The notes under the pieces were generated by a model, which had not been told where the DNA came from, did no database searches, and saw only the letters and a program-made list of their open reading frames with translations. Both the position numbers and the translations under genes were made by a program. From the human T2T-CHM13v2.0 reference genome, Homo sapiens, in the NCBI RefSeq assembly GCF_009914755.1, contig NC_060932.1: 64,000 bases of DNA, one strand, 5' to 3'. Shown piece by piece: positions 13,357 to 27,600 of this stretch (its first letter is position 1; every line of letters starts with the position of its first letter).

Positions 13357-14015
13357 TATTTTATTATTATTATTATTATACTTTTAAGTTTTAGGGTACA
13401 TGTGCACAATGTGCAGGTTAGTTACATATGTATACATGTGCCATGCTGGTGTGCTGCACCCATTAACTTGTCATTTAGCATTAGGTATATCTCCCAATGC
13501 TATCCCTCCCCCCTCCCCCACCCCACAACAGTCCCCAATGTGTGATGTTCCCCTTCCTGTGTCCATGTGTTCTCATTGTTCAATTCCCACCTATGAGTGA
13601 GAACATGCGGTGTTTGGTTTTTTGTCCTTGCGATAGTTTACTGAGAATGATGATTTCCAATTTCATCCATGTCCCTACAAAGGACATGAACTCATCCTTT
13701 TTTATGGCTGCATAGTATTCCATGGTGTATATGTGCCACATTTTCTTAATCCAGTCTATCATTGTTGGACATTTGGGTTGGTTCCAAGTCTTTGCTATTG
13801 TGAATAGTGCCGCAGTAAACATACGTGTGCATGTGTCTTTATAGCAGCATGATTTATAGTCCTTTGGGTATATACACAGTAATGGGATGACTAGGTCAAA
13901 TGGTATTTCTAGTTCTAGACCCCTGAGGAATCGCCCACTGACTTCCACAATGGTTGAACTAGTTTACAGTCCCACCAACAGCGTAAAAGTGTTCCTGTTT
14001 CTCCATATCCTCTCG
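13357..14015 (-). mobile_element. 5'-truncated young L1 (L1PA2/3-like)
   Basis: ORF2 C-terminus (...KDTCTRMFTAALFTIAKTWNQPKCPTMIDWIKKMWHIYTMEYYAAIKKDEF...) plus 3'UTR; TSD cctgccttttt at 13346-13356 and 14016-14026 at a canonical TT/AAAA site. Confidence 0.96.
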
Positions 14016-14399
14016 CCTGCCTTTTTAAGGCAGCAGCACATGGTGTCCCAGGGATGGGGGAGGGGAGAGCCCTGCTCAGGCGGGCTGTGGCTTTCCCATC
14101 TCCACACTTATGTTGACTCAGTTTCCTTTACTAGAATGCCCTTCCCGCACTTCCCCTTGTTGCAATTCATTCATTCATTTATTCATTCATGCAACAAGCA
14201 TTTATGAAACACTCACAAAGGACCAGATATTAGCTATCAGGCCCCAGGCATGAGAATCATTGTGAGTCATGGGTCTTCCTTTAAAGAGCTTGGAACTCAG
14301 AAGAGGAAAACAGATGTTTGAACCAGTGAGTGTGCCACAGCGGTGCAGGTACACGGATGGATGGATGGGGAAAGTGTTAGCGGGCCCTTCTGTATTTTA

Positions 14400-14644
14400 T
14401 TTTATATTTTTAGAGACAGGGTCTCGCTGTGTCACTCGTGGAGTGCAGTGGCACTATCTTGGCTCACTGCAGCCTCGACCTGCTAGGTTCGAGTGATCCT
14501 CTCACCTGAGTACCCGAAGTAGCTGGGACCACAAGCCTGTGCCACCATGCCGGGCTAAATTTTGTATTTTTTTGTAGAGATGGGGTTTTGCCATGTTGCC
14601 CAGGCTGGTCTCGAACTCCTGAGCTCAGGCAATCTGCCCGTCTC
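14400..14644 (-). mobile_element. 5'-truncated AluJ-like SINE
   Basis: Reverse Alu ending at aatctgcccgtctc; TSD tctgtattt at 14389 and 14645. Confidence 0.88.
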
Positions 14645-16667
14645 TCTGTATTTAATTTCCTTATCTCTAAAGTGGGGAGGGTAGAAGTGCCCTTCTCATG
14701 GGGCTATTGTGAAAACTGAAATGAGTTCCTGAATGTTTCAGAGCGCTCAGAGCAGCAGGAGCTGTATCAGTGCCGGCAGGCCCTGGGACCCGCCACTGCT
14801 GGAAGGCAGTCGCTTTAGAGGCTGGGTCTCCTCCCACTGGCTTCTCTACCTGGTGCCTCCAGCAAGTTATTCATTTTTCTTTTCTTTTTTTTTTTTTCTG
14901 GGCTCACACAAAGCGTTCCCAAACCCTGTGTACCTGGTGGATCCTTCTAAAATATTTGGTGGAAGGAATAAACCTCTCTGTGCCTTAGTTTCCTCAACCG
15001 GACAGTGAAGAAGATATAATATGCCCTCTATACTTCATGGAGCTCTTGTTGAAATAACATGAGAGTGGCATTAACCCTATGAAACAGGGAGGGGGCCAGG
15101 ATGTTCTACCATTTTACAAAAGAGAAAACTCCCTCAGAGATGTTTAGTGAGCTGTCTAATTTTGCACAGCCAGCCTGAGGCAGTTGGAAAATATTTCTCT
15201 GAACTTTGACCTATAGTTTCCCTTCCCTCCTGCGCCCTTCTATCCCCCAACAGATAAGCCATGGACAAGACCGCTTTCTAGTTTCCCCTCCAGGGATTCT
15301 GTTTCCTTCCTTTGGTACTGGTAAGGAAGCTTGGGTAAAGTGGCTGGCACTCAGGCAGCCTACCAGAGCTCAGTGGCTTTCTCCCAGCCTCCCATCAGAT
15401 GCCTGAGGCCCCCTCCCTCCCCCACACCCCTGGGCTCTTTTTCGAAACACATAGAAAAGGGTCAGGAAGATGGGTTCTCTTCGGGCTAGAGATGTTTACT
15501 GGGTCAGGCTGATGGATTGCAAAATGGAGATTGGGCAAGGGTACAGAGGGCAGGACCCAGGATCTCAGGGCTATGGTTGGACCCCAGCAGACCCTAAGGC
15601 CATGGCCCAGTGCCCTGTCAATCTAGGTGATAGGTGTTCCTCAGATCCCATCACTTCCGAGGGCAGCGAAGCTCTGAGGGCCCCTTAGAGCCCACAGCCC
15701 AGGTGGTTGCGGGGCTTGAGGCACATACAGCGACGCCTGGCATCTAGTGAGTGCTCGCCCATGCTGGCTCCCGTCATTACCGAGTTCTCTGGCTGGCATT
15801 GCCATCCACCAGCTCCATCAGAACACGGCCCACCTGCACCCGGGCGCTGCCTCCCTCGGTGACTGGTCCCACCACGCACCCACGGGAGGGTAAAACTGGC
15901 TCTGCGGACATCCCGACATCCCGACATCCCCACATCCCGAGAGGGGCAGGGGGAGCTCTCAGGCCCTAAAATAGCTGCTGAGCAAGACTTGGCTTCTCTC
16001 CTTTGGGTTGAGAGTTTACCCGGCTTTTTGGAGATGCTAGAGTCTACACTGAGCAGGTTTCAGCAGTCAAATGTGTCCCTCCATTCCAGGAACCGAGGTG
16101 TTGGAATGGTAGCAATGGACATGGACAAATGGTGGAAGCAGGAGGCGGAAGAGAATCCGCTCAGAAGTTAAGAGGCCTGGACTCTCACACTGATCACGTG
16201 ACTCGCACCTTCCGTTTCCCAGAATAGCGGCCACAATTTCTGCAGAATCCCTCCTGAGGGGTCTTGGAAAGATGCAAATGATGTAATGAGCAGAAGCAGG
16301 GGATTGACTTCCAAGCTCTGCCACTTATTAGCTTTGTGGTCACTTACGCCCTCCGCAAGCCCCAGTGTTTTCACCTGTACAATGGGGGATTACAATACCA
16401 ACTGCCAGAGTGGATGCAGGTGGCGTGCAGACTCTAATCACAGCAGTGAATGCAAGAAGGAAGGTGGAAGGTGGTGGCGAGGTCCTGAAATGGGCGTCCA
16501 TGTGGACTTGCACACACCGTGACAACCCCAGAAAATGGTTAGTGTTTTACACTCTTTCATCTGGATTTAAGAGCCGAGCATGAGGTGTCACTTTGCAGTG
16601 TGTTTAGGAGTCTCCCTGGTGAGACTGGTGTAGCACCAGACACTCAGGCAAATGCTGCCCAGTAAAC

Positions 16668-16902
16668 CACAGTGGTCAAGAACGTGGATTCTGGAGCCAG
16701 ACTGCCTAGGTTCAAATCCCGGCTTTGCCTCTTTCTAGTTGTGTAACATTGAGCAAGTCAGTTAACCTGTCTGTATTTTATTTCCTAATCTCTAGAGTGG
16801 GGAGAGGAGCAGTGCCCTCCCCTCTCCCATAGGGCTGTTGTGAAAATTGAAATGAGTTAATGAATGTTTCAGAGCACTTGGAGCAGCGAGTTGTATCAGT
16901 GC
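16668..16902 (+). mobile_element. MIR SINE
   Basis: cagtggtcaagaacgtggattctggagccagactgcctaggttcaaatcccggc... MIR core. Confidence 0.85.
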
Positions 16903-16922
16903 TTCGTAAGTAAAATAAATGA

Positions 16923-17448
<526 letters not shown>

Positions 17449-18004
17449 AGAAAGCAGGCATTTAATCACTGTTATCCTCAAATGGTTAGGTGAGAAAAAG
17501 GGAGGAAGGTAGAAATGGCTTGCCTACTTTGGGCTTTAAAGAAGTGAGGTCTGTTTCCTGCACCTACCACTTTGGGAAATATTTGTTTTTTGGCAGCAGG
17601 TAACCAGAAACCAGAGCTGGTCAAACTGGGGCACACACATACACACCACCCTGCCCCAATCTCTGGTTTAAGCTCTTCTGGCCATCTGTTCAGGCAGGGT
17701 GGGAAAACTTTCACAAAGCAGGCAGGTCCCAGGCCCCCCAGGCCCCAGGGGCTGGCCTTAGAGTCCAAAGACCTGATTCTGGTTCTAGGCTAGCTTTGGT
17801 CCTGAGACAATGTCCTCAAAGCTCTCTGAGCTTCCGTCTGCCCTTTGGTAAAATGGGGATTGTCATTAACACACCATTGGAGATAACAGATGCAAACCTG
17901 TTGTAAACAGGAAATCTCAGTATGCTCAGAACGGTGGGTAAGGGGTTATCGGTGAGTAGAACTTCCAGGGCACCAGGCAACTGTCCGCTGTGAGATTTCT
18001 GCAC

Positions 18005-18112
18005 AGCCTGGCCTCTGGAGGTGTCCAAACCTTCAGCTGCTGGTGTTGAGGCTCAGGAAGCCTGGCCTCTGGAGGTGTCCAAACCTTCAGCTGCTGGTGT
18101 TGAGGCTCAGGA
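18005..18112. repeat. Perfect 54-bp tandem duplication
   Basis: agcctggcctctggaggtgtccaaaccttcagctgctggtgttgaggctcagga at 18005-18058 and 18059-18112. Confidence 0.97.
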
Positions 18113-18511
18113 AAACCTCACATGCTGGAACTTGGCAGGCAGATGACTGGCCATGGGCATTGTTGGGTGAGGCCATACCCATGATCTGCAGTCAGGAGAC
18201 CTGAGTTCTTTTCTGGATCCTGCCACTGTGTGGCTTTGGGCAGGTCACTTCTTTGAGCCCCATCTCATCTTCTGCGAAATGAGAGGATGGTGGCAGGAAG
18301 CAATGCAGTCTGGCAAGATATAGGCCAACGAGGTAATATATGTGAAATAATTTTGCAAACCATAGGGGTTACAGCATGGAAATAGCCCTGGTCAGGAGTT
18401 TGGGCTCTAGCCCTGCCTCTGGAGCAAGCATGATGTGTGACTTTGGGCAAGTCACTGCTCCTCTCTGAGCCTCATTTTCTTCATCTGTAAACTGAGAGTC
18501 TGGGACTACAT

Positions 18512-18970
18512 CAGTAGTTCCCAAACTGGATACACGTTAGAATCAACCTGGGCCAGGTGCGGTGGCTCACACCTGTAATCCCAGCACTTTGGGAGGCTGA
18601 GGTGGGTGGATCACTTGAGTGTAGGAGTTTGAGATCAGCCTGGGTAACATGGCGAAACCTTGTCTCTGCAAAAATACAAAAATTAGCCAGGCATGGTGGT
18701 ACTCGCCTGTAGCCCCAGCTAATTGGGAGGCTGAGGTGGGAAGATGGCTTGAGCCCAGGAGGCCAAGCCTGCAGTGAGCCATGATGCACCACTGTACTCT
18801 AGCTTGGGCAACACAGTGAGACCCTGTCTGAAAAAAAAAAAAAAAATCAACCTGAGAGAATGGATATAAGAGATGCTGATGCCCCCACTCCATCCCAGAA
18901 CCACTTAATCAGAATATCTGGGGTGGGGCATTTTATAAGCTACCCAGGTGTTGCCAGTGTATAACCAGGA
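18512..18970. mobile_element. MER5A split by an Alu (Alu + strand 18551-18845)
   Basis: cagtagttcccaaactgg... resumes after the Alu; TSD aatcaacctg on both sides of the Alu. Confidence 0.85.
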
Positions 18971-19124
18971 TTGGGGATATCTGGTCCAGGTGATACAGGA
19001 GGTTCCTTTTGGCTTGAGCTTGTTTGATTTCTAGGAAGTTCTTGGGGTATAGAGTTCACAGATGCTTCCAACACTGGGGCCACCATCCTCCTCCCTGCTG
19101 AGAATGATAAATTCCTGCCCAACC

Positions 19125-19300
19125 GTGGAGCCTATGATCTCAACTCTGGCTGTGCACTAGAATTTCCTAGGAAGCTTTTAAAAACCTTCCATGACTCAAC
19201 CCCACCCAAAGCAAGTTAATACAATCTTTGCGGATGGTTCAGCCCTAGTTTGAAAAAGCTCCCCAGGTGATTCTAATGTGCAAAGTGGCGAACCACTGCT
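19125..19300. mobile_element. MER5A MITE
   Basis: tctcaactctggctgtgcactagaat...aagctccccaggtgattctaatgtgca...aaccactg. Confidence 0.75.
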
Positions 19301-20199
19301 TTGAGAACAGCCAATGAGCCAAGAAAACAGACAGCCCTCCGCCTGGCCCCTTCCTTTTCCTCCTCAGAATGCTCATAGTCTGATGTGGGTTGTCGACTTC
19401 CTTACCCTGGACAGTGTGCTCTGAGTGAGGCACATGTTTAATGGCTAAGATCATGGACTCTGAAGCCAGGTGGGTTTCAGTTCCAACCCTATCATCTTAT
19501 TAGCTGTGTAACTTAGGAAAAATCATGTAACCTTTCTAAGCTTCAGTTTCCCTATATGTAAAATGGGGACAGTATCCACCTCATGGAGCTGTGGGGATTG
19601 AATGGGTTCACGCACAGAAAGTCCACAGAACAAGGCTTGGTCCATGGTGAGTAGCAGCTATAATTTGAGAGAGGGTGTGCGTCTAGTTCATGTCCAGACC
19701 CCAATGTTAGAGTCTGATAGCTCCAACAATGATCTGGATTTAAGATTGGATTTAACAGGAACCTATGTGTAAAAGATAGATAGGCTCATGACCCATATTT
19801 CTAGATATCCTGCCTGACCTTATTTCCCATAAAGTTTGTTTGCTAATCCTGCAGTTATTAATCTTGGTTGTGGATCAGAATCACTGGGAGAACCTTTGAA
19901 AATGTAGATTACCAGCCCAATCCCCTCCCACTTCCCCATCCCAATCAAAATTCTTATTCAGCAGGGACGTGGGATTTGGACACGCTCCTCAAGTAACTTT
20001 AATGTTCAGCCAGGGCTGAGAAACACGGCATTCAATATATAACTTGGTATGAGCCTGTTGGTTCACCTTTGTCCACACATTCATGAATCGGAGGGAAGAC
20101 CTTTGTTAGTCTGGGACTGTGGATTGTTGATTCAGAAAATATAACTTTACCAGATTATTTTCTATGCTGGGAAGTTTTCCATGGAGGCATTTATACTTT

Positions 20200-20640
20200 T
20201 TTGCCTTGCGGTAGCTTGAAAACTGTATTTTTTGGCAATTTCTATCAAGAGGCAGAGCCTGTTTCCTTCTTCTTGACCCTGTGCTGGTCTCGTGAGTTGC
20301 TCTGACCAGCAGGTTCTGTGGCTTTCAACTTTTTGGAAGGCTCTCCTGAGACCACTATGTAAGCGAAGCATTTAGCAGACTGGAGGATGAGAGACCATGT
20401 GGAGGAGAGCCAAGGTGACCAGCCAATAGCTAGCACTGGAGTCATGAGTGAGGCCATCTTTCACTTTCTGACCAAAGTCACTTGCACTGACCACCCAGCA
20501 AAGTACAGCCATGTGAGTGAGACCAGCCAAAATCAGCAGAAAAACTGTCTGGCCAACCAGCAGAATTGTGAGAAATAAGAAATAGTCATTTTAAGCGAGT
20601 ATGTTTGGGTTTGTTACATAGTAATAGATACCAGAAATAG
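20200..20640 (+). mobile_element. MaLR LTR (MLT1H-like)
   Basis: atcaagaggcagagcctgtttcc...cagaattgtgagaaataa...ttgttacatagtaatagata. Confidence 0.7.
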
Positions 20641-21684
20641 ACCTTATCCACCCCTTTCAATTCCTGATCTGTATCAGCAGGAAAGGTAGCCAGAATAAGG
20701 GGTAAAATGGATGAAATGGAAAACACTAACTCTCTCAACCCCCTAGGGGTTGAACCTGTGTCCCAGCTTAGCCTAAGAAGCTACATAGCCCCAGATGCCC
20801 ATGTGTGGATAACTGAGGCCAAGGTGATGCAGACCTCACCTGCCTGTTGGTCTTTGGAAGCCTCATTTTGTAGGTGACCCGAGGCTCCAACTGTCCTCAG
20901 CATCTTCTGTTTGCATTTGTGACAATATCCGTTCTGTGGCCCTTGGGTCTTGGGAAAACATGGCGCAATCATAAATGAGTTAAATGCTATCTGATCATAA
21001 GCCAGAGGGCCTGTTTTCATTTTCAAAACTCCGTGTGTCAGTGGCTGTAATGCAATGTCCAGCAATGTCTTGAGCAAGTGACCGGCAGGGGACAGAGGAT
21101 GCTGTTTACTCAAGATAGCCCCATCACGCAAAAGCAGCTTGCCTAACCGGGTTTGTAAGCGATTGTTACGAGACCACCGTTGCAACAGGGATTGCCCTGG
21201 GTGATGGTCCCAGGAAGGGGCTGGTCCCCTCAGGCCAGATTTGGGGCTATCTCCCTCTTTCTGGAGCCCTCTGGGACCCTGGGCCTCTGGCAAAGAGCAG
21301 AGAAAAAGCATTGTTGGGAAATCCCACTCAGATGTGGAGTTGTCCTCCTAAGGAAGGGTGCCCTGGGGAGAAGGGCTTCATGCTACCCTGAGAGGAGACA
21401 GCCTCCTGTGTCAGAGGAGGCTGGAGGGGTGGCTAGGGACCTGCAGAGGCGGAGGATGGTGTGGTATGGTTGCTGAGCAAGAACATGGTGACTCGGGGTT
21501 TTGAAAGGCTTGGTCTGGGTAATGGTTCTGAGTTTGGGAGTGGTCATTGTTTCTCCAGCACCAAAATTATGGTGGGTGGGTGATCACATGCATATGGCTG
21601 ACCCCTATGGGTATTTTCCTGAAGGTCAAACTATTAAATCCTTTATCCTTTCACCCCTTCCCTCTTGGCGAAGATCTGAGTTAC

Positions 21685-21745
21685 AACCACCGTCACCACC
21701 ACCACCACCACCACCACCATCACCATCATCACCACCACCATATCC
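21685..21745. repeat. (CAC/CAT)n trinucleotide repeat
   Basis: caccaccaccaccatcaccatcatcacc run read directly. Confidence 0.9.
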
Positions 21746-21904
21746 ACCTCTTTATCTGAACAGCTTCTTAAGATTTAAAAGCTCTTTCACATGGTTTCTC
21801 AATTAATCCTCACAACAACTCCAAGAGATAAGCATCACGACACCCATTTTATACCTGGTGAAATCGAGACTCAGAGACGTTAAATGTCTGACGCAAGACT
21901 CTTG

Positions 21905-22211
21905 GTCAGTGTGTCCCATAGAAATATAAAGTGGGCCAGAAATGAGAGCGGCATACATAATTTGACATTTTCTGGTAGTCATAATTAAAAAGTAAAATTA
22001 ATTTCAATAATATATTTTAACCTAATAGATCAAAATTGTTATCATTTCAACATGCAATCAATGTAAAAATTATTGAACAATTTTACGTACTTTTTCATAT
22101 AAAGTCTTTGAAGTCTGGGGTATATTTTGTACTTATAGTACATCTCAATCTGGACTAGTCAATTTTAAGTGCTCAGCAGCCATAGGTGGCTAGTGGCTGC
22201 TGTGTTGGAAG
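21905..22211. mobile_element. hAT-Charlie MITE (MER33/MER3-like)
   Basis: acttatagtacatctcaatctggactagtc...gtgctcagcagccataggtggctagtggctgctgtgttgga. Confidence 0.75.
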
Positions 22212-22225
22212 ACACAATTCTAGAT

Positions 22226-22860
22226 TTTTTTTTTATTATTATACTTTTAAGTTCTAGGGTACATGTGCACAAGGTGCAGGTTTGTTACTTATGTATACAT
22301 GTGCCATGTTGGTGTGCTGCACCCATTAACTCATCATTTACATTAGGTATATCTCCTAATGCTATCCCTCCCCCCTCCCCCCACCCCACGACATGCCCTG
22401 GTGTGTAATGTTCCCCACCCTGTGTCCAAGTGTTCTCATTGTTCAGTTCCCACCTATGAGTGAGAACATGTGGTGTTTGGTTTTCTGTCCTTGTGATAGT
22501 TTGCTCAGAATGATGGTTTCCAGCTTCATCCATGTCCCTACAAAGGACATGAACTCATCCTTTTTTATGGCTGCATAGTATTCCATGGTGTATATGTGCC
22601 ACATTTTCTTAATCCAGTCTATCATTGATGGACATTTGGGTTGGTTCCAAGTCTTTGCTATTGTGAATAGTGCCTCAATAAACATACATGTGCATGTGTC
22701 TTTATAGTAGCATGATTTATAATCCTTTGGGTATATACCCAGTAATGGGATCGCTGGGTCAAATGGTATTTCTAGTTCTAGATCCTTGAGGAATCACCAC
22801 ACTGTCTTCCACAATGGCTGAACTAGTTTACACTCCCACCAACGGTGTAAAAGCATTCCT
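22226..22860 (-). mobile_element. 5'-truncated L1 (L1PA4/5-like)
   Basis: ORF2 C-terminus and 3'UTR; 14-bp TSD acacaattctagat at 22212-22225 and 22861-22874. Confidence 0.96.
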
Positions 22861-23460
22861 ACACAATTCTAGATATTTTTGTCCTTCCTCAAAGCTTCTC
22901 TGCTCTTCCATAATATGCATCATATTTTCTCCATTTCTAAAAGGGGGTGTTTGGGCCAAGGAGTTTCCAAGGTCTTTTTCAGTTCTAAGGTTTTCTGATT
23001 CCAGAGCAAAGCCAGAATTCTGCCCAGGCCCCGCTTAGCCCCATGACACAGAGGGTCCCAGACATATGGAGAAAGAACTGTGAAAACGTCTTCACACTAG
23101 AAGTTTGTGTTTCTTTTCCTATGGTCTACAGGGGCAAACAGAGACAGATACACAGACATGGACAGGAGGACTCCTAGGCTCCCAGATACAGTTGCATGAC
23201 CCACAGGAACAAAGACACAGACACAGCGCCCAGGGGAGTGTTCTGAGCATGTTCTTTGTGTTCTTGCATGTGTAACCCTGATGTTGAGGGGAGTCGTCCT
23301 GCCCCTTAAGGGCCAGATGAAGTTGCCACAGACACCCCAAACCCCAACTCCAATCCATCTCCTCCATTTGTTTCTTTTATATGTAGATATGCACGTGTGT
23401 GTGTGCACACAAGTCACCCTCTATGTGTGGATATTGGGTCACTGCAGAAGAAGTGTTTCT

Positions 23461-23822
<362 letters not shown>

Positions 23823-23872
23823 TCATGGCCTCTGGCCAGCCACCTCTGTGACTGTCTCCTCAGCCACTTTGA

Positions 23873-24240
<368 letters not shown>

Positions 24241-25608
24241 CAAACCCTTCATTTCTTTGCTCTTGACACTACAGAGCTCTCCCAGGATTTTTTTTTTTTT
24301 CCTTCCACGTGCAACCTCATAGATCTTTCTTTGGTCTCTGTATGTCACAAATCCCCAGGAACTTCAAACTTTAGGAGATGCTCCTGAAGATTTTCTGGGC
24401 TTTTTCCTTTCCCTCCCACTGCACAGCTCCTCCCTGATTACTGTAGACCCTCCAGGTCCCTCCCAGTCTCATCTTGCCTCCTGAGTAGCTATCAAGGGAT
24501 TTATAATCACTTCAGAGTACCTTGCCAAAGGTCATGCAACTCTGCCCTGGTCTGCTCTGGTCTTCCTCCCCTCTCTTCAAGGCTTCCTGGTCTGGGTCTG
24601 TGCCCGGCGGCCAGTTCTCCATCAGCAGGGCAGAGCTGTGTGTGGAGTAGGTTCCTCCCTGGGTAACAGGTAATGTGGACAGATAGAAGGCCAGGATCTG
24701 GATGCAAAGGGAAGAGTGACTGGTGGTGAGACACTGTGCTGTAGAGTGGTGGGAGGGGCTGGTCCGAGCCTTTCGCCCATTCCACCCCAAGGGCAGCGGC
24801 AACTCATGCTATCTTCAGGGCAGGCTGTTAATTAATTATGAGGGACTGTGGCCTTAGAAAGAAGGGTGCTGGGTCTGAGTGTCTGGACACTTTCTCCAGT
24901 TCCCTTGCACCCATCTAAGTGAGGGAGCCTGGCTCAGCCACTTCAGAGTCATTGGTCACCCTGATTAGCTCACCCTGGATGGAGGATGTTCCCTGAGTGT
25001 CTCTTCTTGGCCCCTGGAGGCATTGCCTAACACCATGTTTGCCAAATGATCCACATGGTCCAGTGTTTTGAAATGAAGTTTTTAAAGAGAAGGCAAAGGC
25101 AATTTTTTTGGAGGGGGTGGGTGGTTGTTTTGTTTTCTTTGTTTTCCCCATAGAGCAGAATTTCTTTGCATCATGAGAGAGTTGTGTGATCTCAGGTAGA
25201 TAAATCTGTCCTAACTCAGAAAGGAGAAGTGTGACTAGACTCTCACCGGCCTTCAGGAGACGTCAGTTCTCTTCCCAAAGTAATTGCATGATGGTGAAAG
25301 TGGTTTCTGAAGCTCAGTTTATGAAGTGGAGAGGGCGAGGGAAGAGGTTACTGGGTCCTGAATGGTGAGGACTTGTAAAAGGGCAGCGGCTAATAGAATA
25401 AATGCTTCAACCAGCATTAGGATTAGGGGTGGGTGCACACAGTGGATGCTGGCGTTAGGGTGGGTTGTTCTTGGGGGTGTAGGGAGTGGGAGAGTGTTAC
25501 ATGGGGCAATGGTATTACACAGTGGTGTTCAGGTGGGACTTGGGGTGTATGTGTGTTTTGTTTGGGGTGTAGGATTAGGATGTGAATAGGGTATTAAGAG
25601 TGCATTCA

Positions 25609-25903
25609 GGCCAGGTGTGGTGGCATAGCCTGTAATTCCAGCACTTTGGGAGGCCGAGGCAGGCAGATTGCTTGAGTCCAGAAGTTCGAGACCAGCCTAA
25701 GCAACATGGCAAAACCCCATGTCTACAAAAAAAAAAAAAAAAAAAAAAAAATAGCTGTGCGTGGTGGCATGCACCTGTGGTTCCAGCTAAGGTGGGAGGA
25801 TTGCTTGAGCCTGGGGAGGTAGAGGCTGTGGTGAGATGTGATCATGTCACTGCACTCCAACCTGGGTAACAGAGTGAGACCCTGTCTCAAGAAAAAAAAA
25901 AAA
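25609..25903 (+). mobile_element. AluJ-like SINE
   Basis: Forward Alu; TSD agtgcattcag. Confidence 0.9.
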
Positions 25904-26340
25904 AGTGCATTCAGCAGCAAGCAATAGAAAACCCAGCCCCCAGAAGCTTAAATAATTAGGGGATTGTTTTTCTCACAAAACAAGAAATTTGGAGGTAGAC
26001 AGGGAAGAGCTGGGGCAGAAACTCAACCATGGCATTGAGACCCAGGCTCTTTTCATCTTCTCTGCCCCATTGTAGAGTATTGACTTTCATCTTTCTGGGA
26101 AGGGGCTGCTGTACCTCCAGGCATCATGGCCATAGGCGAGGCAGGAGGAAGGAGCAGTACATCACACCAGCTGGGGCTGTTTACTTTTATTGGGAAAGTC
26201 ATAAACTTTCCCAGACGCCTCTTCCCAGCAGACTTCTGCTTATATTTCACTGGTCACGACTGGGCCGCACGATGACCCTTCACTGCAAGGGAGAGAGGAA
26301 AGATGGATATTTAATTTTCTAGCCTTTCTAATAGAGGAGG
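25904..26340 (-). mobile_element. Old MaLR LTR (MLT1K-like)
   Basis: gcaagcaatagaaaaccc...tttttctcacaaaacaagaaatttggaggtagac...cagcagacttctgcttatatttcactggtc. Confidence 0.65.
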
Positions 26341-26735
26341 ACATGGGAGAAGGAGATTGGGGGTGGGCAGGGCGTGGATGGGCCAAACTCCAGTGCTGCC
26401 CTGAAGGGGAGATTGAAATGCAGGTGGGGGGAGGGTTGCACGCAGGTGAGAAGATTAGGAAGGTGGTCTAGCAGAAGAAACAGATATCATGCCTCTAACT
26501 CTGCCAGCCACCAGTCCTCGGCAAGTTACTCACCTTTTCTAAGCTTTGATCTCCATGCATGTCTGTGTCTTCCTTGCAGGGCAGATGTGCTGGTGTGTGC
26601 AATGCTTAGCCCACCACTTGGTAGGCACACGGCAATGGGTATTATTGTTATTCTTTGTGTGAATGTATGTGGGGGATTGTGGGTGGGTTTAGCAAGGAGG
26701 GAGGGGTATTCAAAGTCAGGCTCCCTCCATCTGTC

Positions 26736-27015
26736 TTTTTTTTTTTTTTTTTTGACACAGTCTCGCTCTGTCTGGGGCGTCTTCTCGGCTCACTGCAACC
26801 TCTGTCTCCTGTGTTCAAACAATTCTCCTGCCTCATCCTCCTGAGTAGCTGGGATTACAGGCAAGCACCACCATGCCCGGCTAATTTTTATATTTTTTAA
26901 AACAGAGATAGGGTTTTGCCATGTTGTCCATGCTGGTCTCGAACTCCTGTCCTCAAGCGATCCACCCACCTTGGCCTCTCAAAGTGCTAGGATTACAGAT
27001 GTGAGCCACCGTGCT
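26736..27015 (-). mobile_element. Alu SINE
   Basis: Poly-T and reverse Alu with a small deletion. Confidence 0.9.
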
Positions 27016-27600
27016 CTTCCCTCATCTATCTTGATTAAAACTTGATCTGTACAAGCTGTAAAGCTCTGGGTCCCTCTGTCTTTGTGTTTAAGGCAGGGTC
27101 TCCCCAAAGTGCTTGTTGTGAAGGAGGTGGTGGTATTTGGCCTGAGTGTGGGAGAGGCAGCCAGAAGGGGTGGGGGCATGGGAGTGGGGAGCTGGTGAGC
27201 CACATGCACCTTTCCTTAAGAACCGGTGGGTACCAGGCAGGGGCACTTTCCTCAGGATCTCAGGGTTCCTCCAACAGACCTAGAAGGTAAATCTGTCATC
27301 AACCTCACCCGAAAAACCAGGAAGCCAAGGCTCAGAGACGGGGAGTGAGTTGCCCAGGACGCCCCAGCTTTCTGAGTGTGGGATCTGGGAGCACAGAGGA
27401 GAGCCCAGAGCTTGCCGGGGATGGAGAGTCAGCAAGGTGGGGGGCCTCCAGTGTGGGCCAGGCATGGAGACCAGGAGGGTGAGACAGGAGGCTCCCAGCT
27501 TTTCAGCAGGGGCCTTGAGGAGACTGAGGTGACAGCAGTGGCCCTGCCTTCGTGTCCTCTGAAGGACTCTGCAGAGATTAAGACTCTGTGGCTCATTTCT

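Noticed and set aside
13580-13948. 122-aa ORF with real protein-like sequence (also 22443-22685)
   Set aside because: C-terminal fragment of L1 ORF2p in truncated L1 copies, not a host gene.
15733-15752. Possible CTCF motif (reverse tcactagatgccag)
   Set aside because: Mismatches at core positions; cannot be supported without ChIP data.
21501-21806. Poly-Pro and poly-His ORFs
   Set aside because: Translations of a (CAC/CAT)n microsatellite with no other coding signal.
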